Part shown: positions 48,353 through 57,200 of the stretch, in pieces | Layout: every line of letters begins with the position of its first letter | Position numbering within the stretch: the first letter of the stretch is position 1 | Assembly: GCA_918797485.1 (NCBI GenBank) | Contig: CAKKNE010000001.1 | Coordinates: 2,418,001 to 2,482,000 of the forward strand | DNA from: Pelagomonas calceolata | Taxonomy: Eukaryota | Direction of reading: 5' to 3' | DNA: 64,000 nucleotides | Program-made: the position numbers and the translations under genes | The notes under the pieces: model-generated | Database searches by the model: none | The model's input: only the letters and a program-made list of their open reading frames with translations | What the model was told of the DNA's origin: nothing

Positions 48353-49975
48353 TTAGGACCGCCGAGCCTTCTCCAAGAACGCATCCAACAAATCGTCCAG
48401 GGCGCCCGCGTCGTCGGCGAGAAAGCTCCCCGAGTGCTCCCCGGCGCACAACTCGCGCAACGCCGCCTGGAAGTCGACGAACACGCCGAAGTTTTCCTCG
48501 ACGTAGTCCCGCGCGGCGTCGTTCGCGAGTCGGCGGCGCTTCGCCGGCGACTCGCTCGGCGACCGCGGCGACCGGAGAACCGTGCGAATCCGGCGCCGAC
48601 GACGCGAGCTGCCGCGACCGGCGCCGCTCGCCGACCTCGCCGAGTGCCCCGACCTCGCCGAGCCCGCACGAGACGCCGCGCTCGCACGCGACCGCGATCC
48701 CCCCGAGCCCGCCGAGCCCTCCGAGACCGGCGAGGTCAGCGGCGGCGGGCCGGAAGGCCGCCGCGGCGGCGGCGGCGACGCCGACACCGCACCGCGTGCC
48801 GAGGCGTCGTCCGACGACGACGCCGACTCGTCCGCGTCGTCGTCGTCGCCGGCGACGACGCCGCGCATCGCGCGCCGCCGCCGCGAGGCCGCGCGTTGCG
48901 ACTGGTCCTGCTCCGCCCACGCCGGCTCCGCGAGCCGCTGCTGCCGGTCCGTCACCTCCTTGCAGTCGACGGTGGCGTCATAGGACGCCGCGATGGCCTC
49001 GTCGAAGATGTCCTTGGCCTCGCCAAAGGATGCGTCACCAAAGCGGTCCTCGCGTAGAGCGCATCTCGCGTAGAGCCAGGTCCGCGCGACGAGCGGTATC
49101 TCCTCCTCCTTCACGCCGGCCTCGACGAGGTCGTCCGTGATGACGCGGCCGCTCGTGTCGCAGATCTTGCAGACGAGCTGGCCGCCGGCGAGCAATATGT
49201 GCGTCGTGTGGTTGTGCGGGGAGTACACTTTCCCGGCGCCGTCCGAGACGTTCCGCGTGCACGAGTCGCACTCGACCCCCTCGGCCCGCCGCGGCTGGCG
49301 CCGGTCGCCCCGCGGCCCGCGGCCCGTGTACAACAATCTCCGCCTCTCGCCCTCCTCGCTCCTCCTCGGCACCTCGACCCCTTCCTTCGCGGCGTTCGCG
49401 ACGACCAAAGAATCCTCGCCCCACTTCAGCGTCGCGCCCTGGGTGTTTGACGCCTCCTTCTTGCCCGGCGCCGGATTTCGCTCGCGTCTCTCGAGCTTCC
49501 TAACTTTTGTGTTATGCTGCTTGTCGTTCCAGTCGTCGGCGGCGTCCTGCTTCGCGACGGAGCCGATGCGCCGGAAGCCCGGGAAGTCCTCGACCGGTAC
49601 CGGCGTCCCGTCCGCCTTGAGCCACGGGTCCACGACCGCGCCCACCGCGACGAGGTTCGCGACGGCGTCGCTAATGCTCATAGGTCCACTCGACCAAGCA
49701 AAAGTGTTGAAGTGGAACGAGGCCACGCGGCGGAGGTACTTTTTTTGTTCGGACTGTTTCTTCTCCCCTTTCCCTGGGCATTGCGAGAGCCGCTCCACGA
49801 ATTTCGAGGTCTCTACGGCCGGGATCTCCGTGCGCGTCTGCCCCGGCGGGAGCGTGACCTTCTTCTTTTTTCTGAGGTAATCATCCAGCGACGTCGTGTC
49901 GGCGCCCTCGTACTGCTTGTTTAAGAGCTTGCTGATCGCGGCGCCCTTTTTGGCTTTTTTTTGGAGGGTCGCCAT
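48353..49975 (-). CDS. hypothetical protein
   Basis: ATG at 49975 with an upstream CTAG-box variant; CxxC...H...CxxC motif; possible internal frameshift. Confidence 0.5.
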   Translation of the reverse strand: MATLQKKAKKGAAISKLLNKQYEGADTTSLDDYLRKKKKVTLPPGQTRTEIPAVETSKFVERLSQCPGKGEKKQSEQKKYLRRVASFHFNTFAWSSGPMSISDAVANLVAVGAVVDPWLKADGTPVPVEDFPGFRRIGSVAKQDAADDWNDKQHNTKVRKLERRERNPAPGKKEASNTQGATLKWGEDSLVVANAAKEGVEVPRRSEEGERRRLLYTGRGPRGDRRQPRRAEGVECDSCTRNVSDGAGKVYSPHNHTTHILLAGGQLVCKICDTSGRVITDDLVEAGVKEEEIPLVARTWLYARCALREDRFGDASFGEAKDIFDEAIAASYDATVDCKEVTDRQQRLAEPAWAEQDQSQRAASRRRRAMRGVVAGDDDDADESASSSDDASARGAVSASPPPPRRPSGPPPLTSPVSEGSAGSGGSRSRASAASRAGSARSGHSARSASGAGRGSSRRRRRIRTVLRSPRSPSESPAKRRRLANDAARDYVEENFGVFVDFQAALRELCAGEHSGSFLADDAGALDDLLDAFLEKARRS

Positions 49976-50083
49976 CTGCTGCAAGCTACAAAACCGAGGC
50001 GCTGGCGCTGCTTGAGTGGTTATCGCGGCAGGCGGTGTGTATCAATGAACTCTCCGTCGTCGCCGCACCACTCGTAGGGATGC

Positions 50084-50105
50084 CTAGTGTGTCTGTGCAC
50101 GCTAG
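50084..50105 (+). promoter_or_regulatory. CTAG-box variant
   Basis: CTAGTGTGTCTGTGCACGCTAG. Confidence 0.45.
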
Positions 50106-50361
50106 GGCGTACGGAGTCACTGGCCGGGGTACGGCGGGTCTATTAGTTTGGACTTGGGATCATCCATCGTAAGCCTCTCGCCGCCCCCTCGTCGCTCCTT
50201 CGTCGCCGTGGCTACTGTGTCCGCCGTCGCGCCCGTCGACCGTCTCGACCTGCCGTCGTCCACCTGGCTGTGATGGAATTCCTCGTGTTTTTGTGTGGGG
50301 TGTTCGGAACTGAGCTTGGCGGCTGTGCGGCTCTGTAGAAGCTACTTGGGATTTAACCTTC

Positions 50362-50821
50362 TTACGTCGCGTGGGGGGGGGCGTTCGTGTCGATGAGGGG
50401 CTTCGACTCCTTCGAGTCCCTCAAAAAGTTCAAATCGTAGAAGCGGCCATACTCACCCAGGAACGCGGCGACGCGGTCCCAAAACTGACGCGAGTCCGCC
50501 GACGACACCTTGAGATCCCACGCAGTCACGGAGATGGCGTCGTCGCATCGGCCATCGTCCCGGCTGTCAGTGTGGCACGGGTCGTCGTCCGGGCGCGCCG
50601 TCTCGAGATCTATAATTTTGACGCTTTGCGTCGACTCGCTCCACAGAATATTTTTGAAGTGCAGGTCTCCGTGACGGTAGCCGACCGCGTGGAAGCGTTC
50701 CGCGGCAGGCGCAGCACCGCGATCCAGTCGTTGTGCGAGAAGGGCGCGCGCGTCGGGTTCGCGTCGATGGTCCGGCTCGAGTCCGAAGGCCGTGTGTGGG
50801 TCGAGCACAGAGCGCGGGCGG
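50362..50821 (-). pseudogene. protein-kinase-like C-lobe fragment
   Basis: FHAVGYRHGDLHFKNIL...VKIIDLE; no N-lobe or ATG; preceded by an acceptor-like TTTTCACACAG. Confidence 0.55.
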
Positions 50822-51252
50822 CTGTGTGAAAACCAATCGGCGAGTCGGGTGCGCCGTCAAGTTTGGTCCACGCAGGCGGGCCGGCCATCTCGAACACGAC
50901 GTCGTGTGCCGCCCCGAATTCGCCGTCGCGAACCCCTTCGACGTCCTGGAGTGCGCTGCGCTGGGCCTGCGCCTCGGAAAGAAAACGGTGGCCGACATGT
51001 TCCGGACGGCCGCGGCGATCAACGACACGGCCGTACTCGCCCGCGCGTACATGGGGTACGTAGAGAGCGTGCGCCGCGTCGAGCCGCGGCTCCTCGCGGA
51101 GATAGACATCTTCGCATGCCGCGGCCGCGTCGGAGGCGTCGACGTCGTGTTCAAGTCCGTCGACGGTCGTTGCAAGATCTCCTCGGTCGGCGCGGCCGTC
51201 GAGGAGCTCGTCGACAGGAGTTTCGGGAGGTAGAAGTACACCAACACTCTTC

Positions 51253-54200
51253 TTAGTAATCCCCCTCGATCACGCGCCGCCGGGCCTTGGGCGGTGCCGC
51301 GGGGGCCTCGTCCGCCTCCGACGCCGTAGAGTCGTCCGCCGCGGCCTCCTCCCCCTCCGAGGCAGAGTCCGCGAGAAACTCGTCCAGACTCCCGGCGCTT
51401 TCGTCCTCGGAGGCCACCTCGCCGGCCTCGGCCTTGGCGTATTGTGGTTCCGACGCCACCGGCGGCGCGGCGTCGTCCTCGTCCGACAGGGGCGCTTCGA
51501 CGATGGGCGGGGCGCGGCGGCGCGGCGGCGGCGGCGGCACCGGCGCTGGCGGCGCATCGTCGTCGTCGTCGGAGACGCCTGGGTCGGACGCGTCCGAGTC
51601 GGAGTCGTGATCCTCGCAGACAAAACTGTCGAGCGAGCCGGCCTCGTCGTCACTCGTTGCCACGTCCTTCTGCTCGACTACCACTACCGCGCGGCGCCGC
51701 GGCAGCGCGCGGCACGAGAGCGGCGCCGGTGGAGCGGGAGACTCGACGGGTGCCGCGGTGGCGGCCGCTGGCGCCACGTGAGGCGTCGAGGCAACCGCCA
51801 TGGCGCTAGGCGTCGAACCAACCGGGGGCGTCGAAACGGCACCACATGGCGTCGAGGCAACCGCACCGGAATGTGTCGAGTCGGCGGGCGTAGAGGGAGC
51901 CTTCTTCTCAGCGGGCGTCGGCGCGACGTTGACCGGCGCGAGCGGAGACCGCGCCGAGGTAGGCTCGGCAGTGAGCTCCTCCGTGCGTTCCGCAGTGGGC
52001 GCGGCAGTGGGCGCCGCGCCGGCCGCCGCGAGCGCGCCGGCGAGCCACGCGCCGTCGTCCTCTGGTGACGCCACCGGCGACGACGCACCAGCCGACGGCG
52101 TCGCCGGCGCCCAGGCCTCGTCGGCGAACGCGGCGGCGCCGGCCGCGACGCGCCGCAGCGCCTCCTCTGGCGCCCCGGCGCCGAGCCAGCGCAGGACGTC
52201 CGCCGGCGCGAGCCGCGCGACGCGGCCCCAGCCGAGCTTCGGGGCCCCGAGCGCGCGCGGCAGCGTGTCCAGGGCATCCAGGGACGACGCCCCGCGCAGC
52301 AACGCCGCGCTCCGCGCCGCACCGCACACGAGCGCCGCGTCGACGGCGCCCCGGTGCGCGCCGGACGCGGCCGCGACGCTGCCGCCCGGCGGCGTCGCGC
52401 GCCGCAGCCACGCGCGCGCGCCCGCCGCGAACGAGACGTCGTCGTCGTCGTCGTCCGAGTCGCCGCCGGTCCCGAGGGTCGGCGCGAGGCGCGCCGCGAG
52501 TGCCTTGCACGAGGCGCAGCCGCACGGCGACGGCCGCTTGAGTAATGTGCGGCAGAGCCACCCGAAGGCGCGCCGGCCCGGCCGCGCGTCGTGCGGGCCC
52601 GGCGCCGGGCACTCGCGGTGGATGTAGCAGCGCATGGTCTCGACGGCCCGCGTGATGCCCACGTTCAGGAGCCGGTGGCCGTGCGCGTGGGAAAGGGTCG
52701 AGTAGTGGCGCGCGCTCGGCGCACGCCGCCGCCGCGGCGTCCTTCGAGATACTTGCTCGTCGTCCGAGTCCTCCTCCTCCTCGAGGTGGTCCAGCGTCTC
52801 GAGATCCACCGTCGCCTCGCCCGCGCGCGGCGCGAGGAGCGTCGAGAGGAAGATCGTGCCCCGCTCCTCGCCCTGGATGCGGTCGATGGACTCGACGAAG
52901 AGCGGCGGGTCGCCACTCACGTCCCTTCCACTGATAGGCGTGCGCCGCAGGCTCCCCTTGCACGTCGGGTGGGCCTCGAGGCCCGCGCCGCTCTCGAGCA
53001 GGAGCCGGTAGATCAGACCCCGCTGGGGGCGGTTTAGCGTCACGACGCCGACGGACAGCGGCGCGCCCGCCGCGTCCGCCTTTTTCACGAGCGCGACGAC
53101 GTCGTCAGCGATGCGCCGGGCCTGGCCCTCGTTCACCAGACCGGCGGGCGGGCCCCGCGCCGACGCCATCGGCGCGTCGACCTCGATTACAACTAAGCCC
53201 GGATCTCTCGGCGCACACGCCGGCGCCACCAGCCGACTCCCGTAGAACAGCGCGTTCGACGCGCCGATGAGCGTCGGGCAGCCGCTGCGGTAGTGCCACT
53301 CCAGCGGCACGAGGTCGACGCGCCCGGCATCGACGACGTCGTCGAGCAGACCCGTCGCGTGGCGCCTCGGCGGCAGCTGGAGGTCGTCGCCCGCGGCCAC
53401 GAACGTCAACGACGCCGCCGCGCAGAGGTCCAGCGCGAGCGGCGTCGTCGGGAACTGCGACGCCTCGTCGATCAGCACGGCGCCGTAGCGCGCGTCGTCG
53501 ACGATATTCAGGGACGCGACGAGCTCGGGCGTCGCGCACGTGATCAACGGTTCGTTGAATTCCAGAGAGTGGGCGTCCACGGCCGCCCGGGCGAGCGCCA
53601 GCGACGCCGCGCGCCGCGCGTCGGATAAAGCGCGGACGTACGGGGCGTCCGGGACCGACGACGCGTCCGCCCGCCGCGCGGCGAAGGCCGCGCGCGCGGC
53701 GCGGCGCCGCCTTTCCGCGCCGCGCGCCGCCAGCACGCTCCGGGCCACGGCGCGCGCGCCCGGCGGCCCCGCGCACCTTTCGAGCGCGGACGACGCGGCC
53801 GCGGCGCCGAGGCGCCGGTCGGCGACGGCGTCGAGCACGGCCAGCAGCGCCCGCGCGGCCGCGTCGTCAGCGGCGCACTCGTGTGCAAAAGCTTCGCCGC
53901 CGTCGACCTCGACGTCGTCGAGGGCGCAGCGCAGCGCCAGCGCCGCGAGGCGCTCGCCCGCCGCGTCCGCGGGCTCCAAACGTTTCAGAGCCTCGCGTAA
54001 CGCCCGGTCCGCGTCATACAACGCGTCGGCGGCCTGCGCCTGGCGCGCGACCGCCGCGGCGCGCGCGACGTGGGCGACGTCGACGCGCGATTCATCCGCG
54101 CGCCAGGCGTCGACGACGCGCCGCCGCTCCGAAATGACGTCGTCGCCCTTGCGCCGCCGCTTCGGCTCCGCGTGCGTCCGGAGGTGCTTGGCCATTGGCG

Positions 54201-57200
54201 CGGCCGAGGCCGTGTCCCGGCCGCACAGCTCGCAGACGAAGCGCCGGTCCGGCGCCGCCTTCGGCCGCGGCTTGAAGAGGCACGTCGCGTAGGCGTCGTC
54301 CACGTCATTTACAGGCGACACGCGGAAGCCGCGGTCGAGCCACTCCGCCGCGAACGTTGCTGGAGGTAGGGCGGCCTCGTCCGCGGCGCGCTGCATACGG
54401 ACTTGTAACGAATCCGCGTGCGGCTTCCGCCGGGACATCAACGCGTCGGGGCCCGCGACGCCCCTCCTACATCCCAGGATCTCGCCGACCTTGGCGGCCA
54501 CGACGCGGGCCGCCGCGACCTCCTGGCCCACGACGAGCACGCTCCGCCCCGTCGCCGCGAGCGCCAGGCACGAATTCGCGAGCGTCGCCGACTTGCCCGT
54601 GCCCGGCGGGCCCCTTAGCACGAATGCGCCCCCCGCGACGCACCGCCGCACGGCGCGCCGCTGCGTCGCGTCGCAGCTCGAGCAAATGGCTACACGCTCC
54701 GTCGCGTCCGTCGCCTCGCCGCTCGCGCCACCGAAGACGCGCGCGTAGGGACCGTGGAGCCGTCTCACACCGTGGCGCAGCAGGGCCTCCCAGGCGGGCG
54801 GGAGCGCATCGTAGGCCACGAGCGACGCTTTGCCGACGACACCCACGTGCCCCTCGAGCCTACTCCACGGTTGAGCTGCCCGTCGCTCGATTCCGGGCGC
54901 GAAGAACGCGTAGCCGCGCGGATCTAGTTTTGTGATGCCGTCCTCGATACACGTGGGCACGTAGAGCGTCCTCTCACTCCCTTCGAAGCACCACAGGGCC
55001 CGGGCGCGGTCCTCGACTTTCGTAGATGCGGCGAACCACGGGACCTCGTCATTTGATGAGGGAGCAAGGCGCGCGCCCGCCCCCCGCAGCAACGCCGCGG
55101 CGAGGTGCGGCGCCTGCTCCTTTCGTAACGTCGCGAGCACGTCGAAGAACGGCTCCCGGTTGTGCTCCTCGCGCGTCGCCGCGCCGACGAGCGGCTCGAG
55201 CGCCGGCGCTTCCTCGGACGACCCGCGGAAGAGGGCGCACGGTGTTGATGGAGGCGCGTCTCGCACGGAAGAGGCGTAGGCGCACGCTTCGTCCCGCGCG
55301 CCCGCCGCTTTTAGTAAAGACGCGGCCGCGGCCGCGCCGAGGGGCCGCCGCGTCCAAGTTACTAGAGACGCGGCCGCGACGGCGGCGCGCTCCGCTTCTT
55401 CCAATTCGGCGCCGTGCTCGTCCGATGCGGCGCAGACGTCCGCGATTGTACAACACGCCGCGACGCGCGCGAGGAACGCCGGCAACGCGCTGGCCACGAG
55501 CTCGTGTTCTGGTTGCGGTCGTAGGACGTCCTCTTTCCTCGCCACACGCGCTGCAAATATTTGAGAGGCGCCGCCGTCCACTTCCACCTGAACGGAGAAG
55601 GCCAGCGGTGCGTCGTCGCCACCGTCGTCCAGCACCGCGGCGTACCAGCGCCTCCGGTCGTCGGGCCGCGGCCGCAGCGAGATGTGAGGGTCGTCGCTGG
55701 CCACGTGCGCGTCGGCGCGCAGCGTTAAGTCTTTATACTCACCGACGACGCGGACGTGGCCTTCGCCCTGGGCCTTCAATCGTAAACAGAGCGCCCCGCC
55801 GCGCTGAATGCGTCGTAAAGGGTCCTCGTCCTCGTCGACGAACCAGCAGTCCTCTATCCTAAGCACGCTCGCCGTCCCGGCCCGCCGCAGCGCGAAGGGC
55901 CCGCTCCACGCGTCCTCGGCGTCTCGTAACCGCACGTCCACGACGGTCGCCTGAGCCGGCCACGGCAGGCTCTCACCGTCGAGCATTTGACCCTCGGCCG
56001 CGTCGAACACAACCCAGTCCGCGCTCGGCGCGCCGCTGTCGACGGCCCGCAGCCGGGCCGCGGCGGGCCGGCCCACGACGACGCAGGAGCGCTCGTCGAC
56101 GCGCCGGAGGTGCGGGACGACGACCGTTTCGGCGGCGTCGTCGTCGCCCGCGTCGTCGTCGCCGCCGAAGCCGAAGTAGTCGTCCTCCTCCGCGGCGGCG
56201 GGGAGGGCGTCGTCGCACGGGGCCGCATCCACGAAAACGTCGGCGTCGGCCTCGCGCCGCCGTCGGAAGTGGAGCGTGAGCGGGAAGGCTTCCCTTTCTA
56301 CGGCGTCCGCCAGCAACTCGTAGCAGTCGTCCGTACTAAAAACGCCATCGCCGCCCTTTGCTACGTCATCGTCGCTCTCGAAGAAGGACGTCGACCCGAT
56401 GCCCACGACCTCGTCTCCACATTTCAGAGATGAATGGTGCTCCGAGTCATTCGTGACCGCCTCGACGCGCGGCCGCTCACTCGTCTCGAGCTTGATGCCC
56501 AGAGGGCCCTTGACAAAGGTCAGCGAGAAGCGCTCGTAGGGCGCCGGCGGCGCGGCGTCGTCGTCGCTGTCGTCGTCGAAGGCGAGCGCGTCCTCGTCGC
56601 TCAGCGCCGGCGCGGCGTCGTCAAAATCATCAATCGGAGGCGGCACGTCGGCCGCGAGCTCCAGCGCCGCGGACGTCCCGGCGCTGTTCCGCGCGACGAC
56701 GCGCACGTTGATTGGACCCGCGACGCGCCCGAGGGCGAGGCGCACGGACGCCGCGCAGCCCTTGGTCAGCGTCTTCACGACGGTCTCCCCCGCCGACACC
56801 TCGGCGACGATATCCACGGACGGCGCCCGCCACGGCGCCGCGCGCCGCCCGCGCGCGCGAATGACCAGGGCCACCTTGCCTTCCTCATTGACGAGCCGCG
56901 CCACGGGGGTCGCTGGCGGCGCGACGGGCGCGTCCCGCGTTTCCGTTATCAGAACCTTGCCCGTCGCATCTCTCAAAGTGACCGCGACGGCGCGATGCTC
57001 GCACCGGCACTTGCCGACGAATGCCATGGACGTGCGTTTTAAGGAGACGACGGCGTTGGCCCCCGTCCGCCAGGGCTCCACCTGGATCGACGCGTCGCAG
57101 GTTAAAGCTCGCAAAACTTTCGAGGGTACGGGCTCCGTCGCTTCGATCGTACAACAGATACGGTCCGCCTCCACTTTTACAGAAGCGAAGCGCAGCGCGT

